NCBI GenBank assembly: GCA_016840165.1
Contig: JAEOSU010000051.1
Location: 1 to 64,000 of the forward strand
Direction of reading: 5' to 3'
From: Promethearchaeota archaeon
GTDB taxonomy: Archaea; Asgardarchaeota; Lokiarchaeia; Sigyniarchaeales; SOKP01
Length of the DNA: 64,000 nt
Shown one piece after another: positions 1 through 10,311 of the stretch. The position numbers and the translations under genes were made by a program. Below the pieces are notes generated by a model that was not told the DNA's origin, searched no databases, and saw nothing but the letters and a program-made list of their open reading frames with translations. Positions within the stretch are counted from its first letter, which is position 1, and each line of letters starts with the position of its first letter.

Positions 1-1
1 A

Positions 2-100
2 AATCTTTATCGCCAAACAGGAAGAATTTATCTTAGTTCAATAATGTTTGCTGTTATCCTTGTATGGTTCCAGATGACCGCTTTAGCTGCACACGTATAA
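2..100 (+). CDS. 3' end of a membrane alpha/beta-hydrolase paralog (partial; begins before the window)
   Basis: Frame 2 reads NLYRQTGRIYLSSIMFAVILVWFQMTALAAHV*, close to the C-terminus of 2336..4285 (NLYRQTGRIYLSSIMMAALIVWFEMTALVAYV*). Not in the ORF track. Confidence 0.9.
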   Translation, partial: NLYRQTGRIYLSSIMFAVILVWFQMTALAAHV

Positions 101-113
101 TAATTCCAATTTC

Positions 114-124
114 TTTTTTTTTTT
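114..124 (+). terminator. oligo-T archaeal-type terminator candidate
   Basis: T11 tract just after the stop codon; an equivalent T12 tract follows the paralog at 4302-4313. Confidence 0.5.
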
Positions 125-200
125 ATTTTATTTACAACACTTTTTCAAAGATAAAAGGATTCATATTTTTAAGTTTTAATTTAATAATGAATTTAACAAA

Positions 201-252
201 ATGATTGATGATTTTGAAGATATTCTTCATGAAAAAGAATAGAATGCTGTTT
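201..252 (+). pseudogene. 5' remnant of an enoyl-CoA hydratase/isomerase gene
   Basis: Reads MIDDFEDILHEKE*NAV versus MKIEDIEDILYEKEENGI of 4393..5214. In-frame TAG at 240-242 and similarity is lost soon after. Confidence 0.8.
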
Positions 253-351
253 AGATACTATCCTCTAAATTCTAATAATTCACTTCTTAAATGAGTATTT
301 AACCATATCTTCAAAAAATATTAAAATAAAGAAAAAAAAGTATAAATAATT

Positions 352-561
352 TTATGCTTTCTTTTTGCGGAACCATAGATATGCGAATGATAATGGAGCT
401 AAAACAGTAAACAATATCGCAAGAACTAAGTAAAGGACAACATTAGGAGATTCAGGGAAAGTTGTATAGAAAAACCACATTAAAATTAGTCCCGCAATGC
501 TCATTACCATTATATATTGAAGAGTTTCATCAAGATTAAATTTATCTAATATACCACTCAT
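352..561 (-). CDS. small two-TM membrane protein, hypothetical
   Basis: 69 aa, two hydrophobic segments, basic tail RKKKA. Confidence 0.7.
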   Translation of the reverse strand: MSGILDKFNLDETLQYIMVMSIAGLILMWFFYTTFPESPNVVLYLVLAILFTVLAPLSFAYLWFRKKKA

Positions 562-722
562 TTTTACATCATTAAATTTTTTAAAAAAGATTAAAGCTAT
601 ATTTAACTTTCGGATTTATAAATATTTCTATAATAATCTGAAAAATGGGGATTAAGTATTAGATTATAGTATACCATCCTTAGACAAATGAGTAAATATA
701 AAAACGAGAGAATTAATATTTA

Positions 723-744
723 ATAATCTATTTTATTGGATTAT
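723..744 (+). promoter_or_regulatory. imperfect inverted repeat ATAATCTA-N6-TGGATTAT, candidate operator
   Basis: Directly before ATG 746; resembles the perfect repeat at 2289-2310. Confidence 0.3.
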
Positions 745-745
745 A

Positions 746-2203
746 ATGGTCATTGTAATTACTAAAAAAGTCAAATATGTGTTCATTCTAACTGCTTTTA
801 TTTTGATGATAATAACAACTTCTACTTATTATTTTCGAAGTAATTTTAAAGTTCAATCAGATAAATATAATTCATATCCTGAAGAAATAAACCTTTCGCA
901 ATTATCAAGTAAAATCTACATTAATGGAAGTTCAGATTGGTTCGATTTTAAGAACGAAGGAAATTGTACAGGACTCGGAACATATTCAGATCCTTATGTT
1001 ATTGCCAACCGAACTATATATGGATACACTTCAGGAAGTTGTATATGGATAGAAAATTCCGATGTGTATTTTAAAATTGAAAATTGCACTGGACTTTATG
1101 CTGGTGATTGTGGAATTTACTTATATAATGTTTCAAATGGCTTATTGATTAATAATACGTTTTCGCTGAACTTTGGCGAAGGAATAAAATTAGATAATTG
1201 TCATAATAACACTATTGCAAATACTACAAGTTATTACAATTATGATGGTGTAAGATTATATGAAAGTTATAATAATACAATCTCAGAAAATCATATATCC
1301 GATAATTATTTCATCGGAATTGGAATTTCTTATTCTTGGAATACAACTATTATCAACAATACTATAGAAAGTAGTAATATTGGCATTGATCTGTATAAGA
1401 GTAATCAAAGTATTATTTCAGGTAATACTATGAATAATTGTGGTTTAATAGCCTCTGGAACTATTGAAATGCTTTCCTCAAATGATATCGACACTACAAA
1501 TACAGTAAATGAGAAAATTCTCTATTATTATAGCGATAAAGTTGGTCTGGCATCAAATAATTTCACAAATGCAGGACAAGTAATATTAATTAATTGCAAT
1601 AATTCACTAATTACTAATTTAGATATTTCTCATAGTTCTTGTGGGATTTCACTATACTATTGTAATATGAATTTCATCTCCGGAAACACGGCTAATGGTA
1701 ATCGAAATGGTATTACTTTAGATTATTGTTATAATAACACCATTTCAGGAAATACAGCAAATGATAATTATTGGAATGGGATAGATCTTTCATATAGTAA
1801 TTATAATAATCTTACAGGAAATACTGGTTATCGCAATGATGTAGGGATAAGTGTATGGAATAGTAATTTTACTACAATTTCAAAAAACTATGCTAGTAAT
1901 AATATTTTTTATGGAATCTGGTTAGATGCTAGTAATAATAATACGATTTCTGGAAATAGTATTAATGATAATTTAATTGGAATCTTATTAGATAAAAGTA
2001 ATAATAATGTAATTCTTGGAAATAGTTTGAGTGGAAATGATGAATGTATTACTGAAATCGATTGTGAAGGAAATCTTTTATCCAATAATGATTGTCATGA
2101 GGGATTGGTAATTAATGGATATAATTTACTATTTATTCTGGGCATTTTTTGCCTTCTATCACTAGCTTTTATTTTTAGAAGCATATCTAAAATCAAAGAA
2201 TAG
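746..2203 (+). CDS. parallel beta-helix (NosD/CASH-repeat) cell-surface protein with C-terminal sorting/TM anchor
   Basis: N-terminal TM; many GI.L..S.NN.I.GN repeats; ends INGYNLLFILGIF...ISKIKE (Loki-CTERM-like). Confidence 0.85.
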   Translation: MVIVITKKVKYVFILTAFILMIITTSTYYFRSNFKVQSDKYNSYPEEINLSQLSSKIYINGSSDWFDFKNEGNCTGLGTYSDPYVIANRTIYGYTSGSCIWIENSDVYFKIENCTGLYAGDCGIYLYNVSNGLLINNTFSLNFGEGIKLDNCHNNTIANTTSYYNYDGVRLYESYNNTISENHISDNYFIGIGISYSWNTTIINNTIESSNIGIDLYKSNQSIISGNTMNNCGLIASGTIEMLSSNDIDTTNTVNEKILYYYSDKVGLASNNFTNAGQVILINCNNSLITNLDISHSSCGISLYYCNMNFISGNTANGNRNGITLDYCYNNTISGNTANDNYWNGIDLSYSNYNNLTGNTGYRNDVGISVWNSNFTTISKNYASNNIFYGIWLDASNNNTISGNSINDNLIGILLDKSNNNVILGNSLSGNDECITEIDCEGNLLSNNDCHEGLVINGYNLLFILGIFCLLSLAFIFRSISKIKE

Positions 2204-2288
2204 ACAGATCCTTCAATTTTTTTATTCTAGATTAATATACTTTGTATTTTTAAGCAAAAGTTTTAAATACATTTTTAATCAAATGATA

Positions 2289-2310
2289 TTAATCTATTCA
2301 TTTAGATTAA
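2289..2310 (+). promoter_or_regulatory. perfect inverted repeat TTAATCTA-N6-TAGATTAA, candidate operator
   Basis: About 20 nt downstream of a BRE/TATA-like CAAAAG TTTTAAATA (2255-2269) and 25 nt before ATG 2336. Confidence 0.4.
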
Positions 2311-2335
2311 ACTTTATAAAAAAAATGTGATGTAA

Positions 2336-4285
2336 ATGTTGAACAATTTTAGAAAAAATAAACCAGCTCAAGTATTCGCAGCCTTGGTTATAATTATACT
2401 CTTTTCAGCAGTTATGTCCAGTGCATTCCAAAGTAGTTTTGGAGCCGTTGAAGTTAGATTGGTTATCATTAACGATAAAGATGGAGAAAGAGTCGTTGGT
2501 AAACTTTACAAACCTGTTGGAGTCGATGCAAGTAATCCAGCTCCAGGAATTCTGGGTCTTCATGGTTTTAACAACGATAAAGATGTTGAACGACCAGCAG
2601 CAATAGAATTATCTAGAGCAGGTTTTGTAGTATTAGCTTTAGACGAATTAGGTCATGGAGATTCTTCAGGAGGTTATAGACTGGATGCCGCGCCGTATAG
2701 TTATTTCCTTGCTTATGAATATCTAATGAATCTTACCTTTGTACAAGGAAATAATACGGGAATCTATGGGCATTCTATGGGTGAAATTAGAGCTCGACAG
2801 ATAGCCTTAGCTTATCCTCAACACAGAGCTCTTGGTCTTCAAGCTTTTACGCCAAGTTATGCTGGAGCATATTATGGATATTATGGTGATGATAGATTTC
2901 ATAATATACTTCATCTATGGGCTGCTTGGGAAGAATGGGGTTATGATGGAGAGAGTGTTGCTGAACAACTTGCTCACGGATTAGCACAATTGGACGCAGA
3001 GTATCATTTGGCTCCAGGAACTATGCAAGTTGACACTAATGTCAATCTATGGGGCGGACCTGCTGATTTTGCTAATGGTTCGGCAAGACGAGAATCCTAC
3101 GACTCAGGTACTCATCCATATATTACAATGAGTCCAAAACACACCGCGGAGATTGTTGCTTGGATGCTTCAAGCCCTTCAGGGAATGAGTTACGCAGATG
3201 CCTGGGAAATAGCAAACCCTGCAACTCAGATTTGGTTAGGAGCTGAGATTTTTGGCATAATAGCTTGTTTAGCTACGCTTCTTTCAATCTTACCTTTAGC
3301 TTACATGCTTATGAATACCAAATATTTCAGTGAAGTCAGACAACCAAAGCCCGAAAAAATCCATTCTGCCAAAAAATCTTCCTGGTGGATTGCAGCAACG
3401 GTTAACACAGTAATCGCCGGAATTACATACTGGTACTTTATCCCGGGATATGGTAACTCTGGATCTACTAAAAATTGGTTATTTGACGTAAAAATTGGCG
3501 ACTATTCGGTATACACCCATGGTGTGGCCAATGGTTTTGCGCATTGGTTCTTGCTAAATGCAGTGATTGCCACCATAACATGGTCTGCATGGTATCTCAT
3601 GACACGTTGGAGGAAAGGACGAGAAAGCATTTCCCTTCATGATATGGGTCTCACTTTTGCCACAAAAGATGAATTAGCAGGCCTATCTTTACCAAAGAAG
3701 GCAATAAAAGCTTTTAATCCACGAATAATAACTAAAACAGGTATTCTCGCCTTTCTTTTATTCGGATGGATGTATATGTTAGTAACTCTTTCCCAACACT
3801 TTCTAAATGTTGAATTCCGTGGTTTTTGGACCATGATGAAGGCATTTAGTGGCGTACAACGTGCCGTAGACTTTTGGCCTTACTTCGGAATTGTGTTTTT
3901 CTTTACTATGATTAACTGTGGACTTTTCATGTATGGGCAGATTAGAATGAAAGAATATAAGAATACATATGTAACTCATGCAGTTTGGTGGTTTAAATAT
4001 ATGTATGCGATGATATTCGGGTTAGTAGTGGTGATGTTAGTACAATACGCTCCACAGTGGTTTGGTGGCACCTTAACATCAAGGATACCAGGGACTGAGG
4101 AACCAATGTTTTCAGTCGCAAGAATGATGGTTATCCAATTGATGGGCGCTATTCCAGTATTTGCCACGTTCTTCTTCCTATCTATAAATCTCTATCGCCA
4201 GACTGGAAGAATATATCTTAGTTCAATTATGATGGCTGCTTTGATAGTATGGTTCGAGATGACTGCTTTAGTCGCCTATGTATAA
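2336..4285 (+). CDS. membrane-bound alpha/beta-fold hydrolase with C-terminal polytopic domain
   Basis: LHGF oxyanion motif, D..GHG.S, GHSMG nucleophile elbow, several C-terminal TM helices. Confidence 0.85.
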   Translation: MLNNFRKNKPAQVFAALVIIILFSAVMSSAFQSSFGAVEVRLVIINDKDGERVVGKLYKPVGVDASNPAPGILGLHGFNNDKDVERPAAIELSRAGFVVLALDELGHGDSSGGYRLDAAPYSYFLAYEYLMNLTFVQGNNTGIYGHSMGEIRARQIALAYPQHRALGLQAFTPSYAGAYYGYYGDDRFHNILHLWAAWEEWGYDGESVAEQLAHGLAQLDAEYHLAPGTMQVDTNVNLWGGPADFANGSARRESYDSGTHPYITMSPKHTAEIVAWMLQALQGMSYADAWEIANPATQIWLGAEIFGIIACLATLLSILPLAYMLMNTKYFSEVRQPKPEKIHSAKKSSWWIAATVNTVIAGITYWYFIPGYGNSGSTKNWLFDVKIGDYSVYTHGVANGFAHWFLLNAVIATITWSAWYLMTRWRKGRESISLHDMGLTFATKDELAGLSLPKKAIKAFNPRIITKTGILAFLLFGWMYMLVTLSQHFLNVEFRGFWTMMKAFSGVQRAVDFWPYFGIVFFFTMINCGLFMYGQIRMKEYKNTYVTHAVWWFKYMYAMIFGLVVVMLVQYAPQWFGGTLTSRIPGTEEPMFSVARMMVIQLMGAIPVFATFFFLSINLYRQTGRIYLSSIMMAALIVWFEMTALVAYV

Positions 4286-4392
4286 AACTACAAAAATTAA
4301 ATTTTTTTTTTTTAAATTTAATAATAATTTTAAACGATAAGAGGATTTAAGATCTATAGCTTTAAAATTCAACTTGAGTATGAACTTAACTG

Positions 4393-5214
4393 ATGAAGAT
4401 TGAAGATATAGAAGATATCCTTTATGAAAAAGAAGAGAATGGTATTTGTACCATCACCATTAATCAACCGAAAAGAAGGAATGCTATGTCATTTCTTACG
4501 TTTTTAGAAATCGAGACAGTCCTTAAAGACATGGAACAAGACAAAAACACGAAGGTATTAATTATAACAGGTTGTGAAGAGGCAGGTGCTTTTTCTTCAG
4601 GTGGATATTTTAATATGAATTTGTATCCAAAATTACCTCCAGAGATATTAGAAGAGCTTGATTTAACCGATATTGCTGTAAAGCGGCTTTGTATGAAATT
4701 TTGGAGCTTTCAAAAACCTGTAATTGTTGCAATCAATGGACTTGCGGTAGGTGCAGGATTTACTATGCCTTTAGCTGGAGCAGATTTAATTTATATGGCT
4801 GAAGATGCTTGGATTGGGTTTTATTTTGCAAAGCGAGGTGTAATGGCGGAGTTTGGGGCAGATTTCCTATTACCTTTTTATCTTGGATTTCAAAAGGCAA
4901 AAGAGTTATTATATTTTGCAAAAAAGATTACAGCTCAAGAAGCTCTTGATTTAGGTTTAGTAAATGCGGTTTTGCCTCACGATCAGCTACTTTCCTTCAC
5001 TAGAGAACAAGCATTAAAATTGGTGCCTCCAAAAGGACCTAGTTTATCGATTAAACTGATGAAAAAAACCATGCACGCATACTTTAAAACTATTCTTGAT
5101 CAAACTTTAGATCTCGAAAATGAAGGATTGCGGAAACTCCTCAAAACTCATGATTTCAGAGAATCCTTAAAGGCTTTAGGTCAGAAAAGAGATCCTATAT
5201 TCAAGGGTAAGTAA
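4393..5214 (+). CDS. enoyl-CoA hydratase/isomerase (crotonase) family protein
   Basis: AFSSGG, KPVIVAINGLAVGAG, ITAQEALDLGLVN, C-terminal KRDPIFKGK. Confidence 0.9.
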   Translation: MKIEDIEDILYEKEENGICTITINQPKRRNAMSFLTFLEIETVLKDMEQDKNTKVLIITGCEEAGAFSSGGYFNMNLYPKLPPEILEELDLTDIAVKRLCMKFWSFQKPVIVAINGLAVGAGFTMPLAGADLIYMAEDAWIGFYFAKRGVMAEFGADFLLPFYLGFQKAKELLYFAKKITAQEALDLGLVNAVLPHDQLLSFTREQALKLVPPKGPSLSIKLMKKTMHAYFKTILDQTLDLENEGLRKLLKTHDFRESLKALGQKRDPIFKGK

Positions 5215-5417
5215 AATAGTTATTTTATTTCTTATTCTATTTCATTTTTTTATTATTGCACGCTTAAAGAAATTCTTAAATTAAGGATTTAATTTAGGTT
5301 GATTATTTCTATTAGAATAACTCTTGATTAATAAAAAATTAATAATAATCCTTTTTTATACTTTTAATCCTCATATAATTAGTTATTTATATATCTAACC
5401 GAAAGCGGTATATTAAA

Positions 5418-6938
5418 TTGCCTAATAATAAGATAGCTTTTGATAATAATAAATACTTAAAAGAACAATCCAAAAGTATAATGCAAAGAGCAGCTCAATT
5501 CGGGAATAAATTGTATCTAGAATTTGGTGGAAAGCTAATCTCTGATTATCATGCAGCACGTATTTTGCCTGGTTTCGACCCAAATGGAAAATTAAAACTT
5601 TTAAGACTCCTTGAAAATAAAATTGAGGTAATTGTATGTATATTTGCTGGCGATATTGAAAGAAAAAAGATACGTGCTGATTTTGGAATTTCATATGATT
5701 CTGACGCAATGAAATTAATTGATGATCTCCATGAAGGAGGGATTAATGTAACCGCAATAGTTATTACGCGCTATAATGGGCAACCAGTAGTAAAACAATT
5801 TATGAACAAATTGGAGCGTCGAGATATAAGAGTCTATACTCATTATCCCATTACAGGGTATCCTACTGATATTGATCGAATCTTAAGCGAAGAAGGATAC
5901 GGAGCTAATAAATATATTGAAACTAGTAAACCTATTGTAATTGTGACTGGACCTGGACCAGGCAGTGGTAAGATGGCAACTTGTCTATCTCAAATTTATC
6001 ATGAATATCTGAAAGGGCAAGAAGCAGGTTATGCTAAGTTTGAAACTTTTCCAATTTGGAATTTACCCTTAAAACATCCAGTAAATTTAGCTTATGAATC
6101 AGCTACAGCGGATTTAGGTGATTTTAATCAAGTAGATCCCTTCCATCTCGAAGCCTATAATATAACCGCAGTAAATTATAATAGAGATATTGAGGTTTTT
6201 CCTGTACTTAGGAAAATCATGTCGAGAATTATGGGTAACAAATTAAAATATAAAAGTCCAACTGATATGGGTGTAAATCGAGCAGGTTTTGCAATAATCA
6301 ATAATGAGATTGTAAAACAAGCAGCAAAACAAGAATTAATTCGAAGATATTTTCGGTATAGTTGTGAGTATGCAATGGGTATTGCAGATAAGAAAACTGT
6401 TCAGAGAGCTGAATTATTGATGAAAGAGTTGAATCTTACTCCACTTGATCGAAAAGTTGTAAAAGAAGCTCGTCAAGCATCTATAATTGCACAACAGAAA
6501 GGAAAAGGTAATGAAGGAGTCTTCGCAGGTGCTGCTTTAGAATTGAAAGATGGCAGGATAATAACTGGTAATAATTCCCCACTTATGCATGCCGCCTCAA
6601 GTTTAATTCTAAATGCTATAAAAGTCTTGGCTTGTATCCCAGATAATATTCATCTCTTATCTCCTAATATATTGGAATCAATAAGTAATTTGAAATCAGA
6701 CATCTTCAACCAAAAAAGATTGAGTCTCAATCTCGAAGAAACTTTGATAGCATTAAGTATTAGCGCAGACTTTAATCCTTCTGCTAAAGTAGCGATGGAA
6801 ATGCTTAACAATCTTAAAGGTTGTGAAATGCATTCTACACATATACCTACTTCCGGAGACGAAGCAGGATTAAGAAGACTCGGACTTAATATAACATCTG
6901 ACCCCTCTTTTTCATCAAACCGTCTTTTTATTCCCTAA
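5418..6938 (+). CDS. DUF1846 (UPF0371) family P-loop protein
   Basis: KLYLEFGGKL..DYHAARILPGFDPN, GPGSGKMAT, GYAKFETFPIWNLPLKHPVN; TTG start. Confidence 0.88.
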   Translation: MPNNKIAFDNNKYLKEQSKSIMQRAAQFGNKLYLEFGGKLISDYHAARILPGFDPNGKLKLLRLLENKIEVIVCIFAGDIERKKIRADFGISYDSDAMKLIDDLHEGGINVTAIVITRYNGQPVVKQFMNKLERRDIRVYTHYPITGYPTDIDRILSEEGYGANKYIETSKPIVIVTGPGPGSGKMATCLSQIYHEYLKGQEAGYAKFETFPIWNLPLKHPVNLAYESATADLGDFNQVDPFHLEAYNITAVNYNRDIEVFPVLRKIMSRIMGNKLKYKSPTDMGVNRAGFAIINNEIVKQAAKQELIRRYFRYSCEYAMGIADKKTVQRAELLMKELNLTPLDRKVVKEARQASIIAQQKGKGNEGVFAGAALELKDGRIITGNNSPLMHAASSLILNAIKVLACIPDNIHLLSPNILESISNLKSDIFNQKRLSLNLEETLIALSISADFNPSAKVAMEMLNNLKGCEMHSTHIPTSGDEAGLRRLGLNITSDPSFSSNRLFIP

Positions 6939-7048
6939 TCCCTAATCATTTCATATCTCGAAATCCTTATTAAATGTGGTTTATATTTAATATTTTTATT
7001 ATGAAATTTCTATAAGTAAATAATAATATATAAAAATGGGCTAAAAAT

Positions 7049-8722
7049 ATGGCTATGGATTGCAAATATTGCTTTGTAACTGGCGGGGTTATGTCGGGGA
7101 TAGGAAAAGGAGTAGTCACAGCCTGTATAGGAAAAGTTTTACAATTTAGAGGATTTAAAGTATCCGTTGTAAAAATAGACCCTTATTTAAATATAGATCC
7201 CGGAACTTTAAACCCTACTGAGCATGGAGAGTGTTTTATCACTGAAGATGTTTGGGAATTTAAACCTGTTTTTGAATCAGATGAGAGAAGTTATAGAATC
7301 TCTGAAATCGATCAAGATTTTGGGACTTATTCCCGAATTTTAGGTATTGAGATGCATCCTTCCCATAATATAACTTCTGGTCAAATCTATCTTTCAACTA
7401 TTTTGAGAGAAAGAAAAGGCAAATTCTTAGGAAAAACTGTTCAATTAATACCTCATGTTACTGACATAATTAAAAACCGATTATTTGAAATTTCTGAAAA
7501 GGAGGAACTAGATGTATTATTAATTGAATGCGGTGGAACTGTAGGTGATTTAGAGTCAAGTATATTCTTAGAAGCATTCCGTCAAATCAAACTAGAATAT
7601 CCTAAACAAACGGTATTCGTTCATGTAACTCTTGTACCATACTCAAAAGCTGTTGGTCAGCAGAAATCTAAACCTACCCAGCATTCAGTAAAAATGCTTC
7701 AAAGTCTAGGATTACAACCAGACATTATCATTGGTCGAAGCGAATTTCCTTTAGCAAAAGACATAAAACGTAAAATTTCTTTATACTCAAATGTTCCTGA
7801 AAGGGCTGTTATTTCTAACCCTGATTTAGAAGTGGTATATGAACTTCCCATCCTTTTTGAAGAACAAGGTTTAGGGGATATTATTTGTGAATTAATTGAT
7901 TTAAAAGCAAAATTAGTGTCCTATAGCGAAGTAACCAATTATTCTGAATGGGTAAAAATGGTTGAGATGTATAAAAAAGCCAATAAAATTGTTCGAATTG
8001 GCATGCCAGGTAAATATTTTAACATTTCAGATTCCTATATCTCAATTAATGAAGCTTTAGAACATGCTGCCGCACATCAAGGATATAGGCCAGAATTAAA
8101 GATGATAAATCTTGCTGAGGATACCGACATTGAAAAAGAATTGAGTGATTGTGATGGAATTTTATTAACACCTGGATTCGGAGAGAGAGCAGTTGAGGGT
8201 ATGATCCGATCAGCTGAATATGCGATGGAGAACAAAATCCCCTTTTTAGGAATTTGTTTTGGAGCTCAATTGTTTTACGTTGCGTTTTGTAGAAAATATT
8301 TAGGACTAAAGAAGGCTAATTCGACAGAAATCGATCCAAATACCCCTTATCCGGTTGTAGATTTATTGAAAAGTCAAGAAGTAATCACTGAAAAAGGAGG
8401 AACCATGAGACTTGGAGCCCAGAAAATCATTATTCAACTAAATACAAAGTTATTTGAAGCCTATAAAGAAAAAGAAATATATGAGCGGTTTCGTCATCGC
8501 TATCATATAAAAGAACGATTTATTACGGAGGAAGCAAAACAAAAAGGAATAATCGTATCAAGTAGAAATGAAACAGGAGATATTGTCAATAGTATTGAAC
8601 TTAATCGAACAGATCATTGGATGGTTGGGACCCAATTTCATCCTGAGTTCAAATCGCGCCCCTATAATCCTTCACCCATATACATGGACTTTATAAAGGC
8701 ATGTATTAAATCAAAAGATTGA
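7049..8722 (+). CDS. pyrG: CTP synthase
   Basis: VTGGVMSGIGKG, KIDPYLNIDPGT, GGTVGD, KSKPTQHSV, GATase GICFG and QFHPEFKSRP. Confidence 0.96.
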   Translation: MAMDCKYCFVTGGVMSGIGKGVVTACIGKVLQFRGFKVSVVKIDPYLNIDPGTLNPTEHGECFITEDVWEFKPVFESDERSYRISEIDQDFGTYSRILGIEMHPSHNITSGQIYLSTILRERKGKFLGKTVQLIPHVTDIIKNRLFEISEKEELDVLLIECGGTVGDLESSIFLEAFRQIKLEYPKQTVFVHVTLVPYSKAVGQQKSKPTQHSVKMLQSLGLQPDIIIGRSEFPLAKDIKRKISLYSNVPERAVISNPDLEVVYELPILFEEQGLGDIICELIDLKAKLVSYSEVTNYSEWVKMVEMYKKANKIVRIGMPGKYFNISDSYISINEALEHAAAHQGYRPELKMINLAEDTDIEKELSDCDGILLTPGFGERAVEGMIRSAEYAMENKIPFLGICFGAQLFYVAFCRKYLGLKKANSTEIDPNTPYPVVDLLKSQEVITEKGGTMRLGAQKIIIQLNTKLFEAYKEKEIYERFRHRYHIKERFITEEAKQKGIIVSSRNETGDIVNSIELNRTDHWMVGTQFHPEFKSRPYNPSPIYMDFIKACIKSKD

Positions 8723-8861
8723 AGACCTATAGTTTTATAAGTTATTCATTGAGTTGAAATAACTATAAATAAGAAATAAATTTATTCATATTTGAGTTAG
8801 TTTTAATAATTAAATCAATTTTTACTACAAAATAGAAAATCAAAAAGTTTGTCTGATAAAA

Positions 8862-10307
8862 ATGCCATTAAAAACTCCAGAGGAATATTTAGAAAGTATA
8901 AAACGACCCGTTAATCTTTATATGTTTGGTGAAAAAGTAGAAGATTTCTGGAATCACCCTATTGTTAGGCCTTCGATTAACACAGTCATGAAAATTTATG
9001 AATTGGCTCAAATTGACGAATATAAGGATATAATGACTGCGAGATCCCACCTTACAGGGGAAATCATAAATCGATTTACCCATATTCACCAATCTACGGA
9101 TGATTTAATTAAAAAAGTAAAGATGCAGCGATTATTGGGACAGAAAACGTCCTGTTGCTTCCAGAGATGCGTAGGATTTGATACTGCGAATGCACTATAT
9201 AGTGTTTCCTATGAGATGGACAAGAAATACAAAACAAATTATCATGAACGTTTTAAAAAATACTGGATTGAGGTTCAAAATCAAGATCTCATGGTTGATG
9301 GGGCAATGACCGATACAAAAGGTGATCGAAGTAAGAGACCAAAAGATCAGCCAGATCCAGATGCATATCTCCATATTATTGAGGAAAACGATAAAGGGAT
9401 AATCGTTAGTGGTGCTAAAGTTCACCAAACGGGATTTCTTAATTCTCACCGAGCGATTGTTATGCCAACTCTTAGATTAAGAGAGGGAGAAGAGCCTTAT
9501 GCTGTAAGTTTTGGCATTGATACCAACGCAAAAGGAATTACCATGATTTATGGAAGGCAGTCTTGTGACACCAGAAAATTAGAGGATGGAAAATTAGATA
9601 TCGGGAATTTCAAATACGGAGGCCAAGAGATATTTGTTATCTTCGATAATGTGTTTGTGCCTAAAGAAGATATCTTTATGAAAGGTGAGATTGAATATTC
9701 TGGAGAATTAGTTAATCGATTTGCGGGGTTCCATCGACAATCGTATGGAGGGTGCAAAGTTGGTGTTGGAGATGTACTTATTGGAGCCGCAGCTTTGATT
9801 TCAGAATATAATGGTACTGAAAACGCTTCTCATATTAAAGATAAACTTGTAGAAATGACACACTTAAATGAAACGTTATATAGTTGTGGAATAGCCTGTA
9901 GCTCTTTAGGGTTCAAAAGAGAAGCAGGTAATTATGAAATGGATATGCTTTTGGCGAATGTCTGTAAACAGAACGTTACGCGATTTCCTTACGAAATTGG
10001 ACGATTAGCTGAAGACTTAGCGGGCGGAATGATTTGTACCATGCCTTCTCAAGCGGATTTGGATTCAGAAAAAATCGGACCACTAATCGAGAAATATTTA
10101 ACGACCTGTGAGGGGGCTTGTGCAGAAGATCGCTATAAAGTCTTGCGTTTTATTGAGAACCTAACGATGGGTGTAGCATCGGTTAGTTACCGAACAGAAT
10201 CTATGCATGGTGCGGGATCACCCCAAGCACAAAGAATTATGATTTCACGTCAAGCCAACTTAGAAGATAAAAAAAAGTTAGTAAAAGAAATCCTTGAAAT
10301 TGAGTAA
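8862..10307 (+). CDS. abfD: 4-hydroxybutyryl-CoA dehydratase / vinylacetyl-CoA isomerase
   Basis: CFQRCVG and HRQSYGGCK carry the 4Fe-4S ligands; AMTDTKGDRS; ESMHGAGSPQAQR. Confidence 0.9.
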   Translation: MPLKTPEEYLESIKRPVNLYMFGEKVEDFWNHPIVRPSINTVMKIYELAQIDEYKDIMTARSHLTGEIINRFTHIHQSTDDLIKKVKMQRLLGQKTSCCFQRCVGFDTANALYSVSYEMDKKYKTNYHERFKKYWIEVQNQDLMVDGAMTDTKGDRSKRPKDQPDPDAYLHIIEENDKGIIVSGAKVHQTGFLNSHRAIVMPTLRLREGEEPYAVSFGIDTNAKGITMIYGRQSCDTRKLEDGKLDIGNFKYGGQEIFVIFDNVFVPKEDIFMKGEIEYSGELVNRFAGFHRQSYGGCKVGVGDVLIGAAALISEYNGTENASHIKDKLVEMTHLNETLYSCGIACSSLGFKREAGNYEMDMLLANVCKQNVTRFPYEIGRLAEDLAGGMICTMPSQADLDSEKIGPLIEKYLTTCEGACAEDRYKVLRFIENLTMGVASVSYRTESMHGAGSPQAQRIMISRQANLEDKKKLVKEILEIE

Positions 10308-10311
10308 TTTA

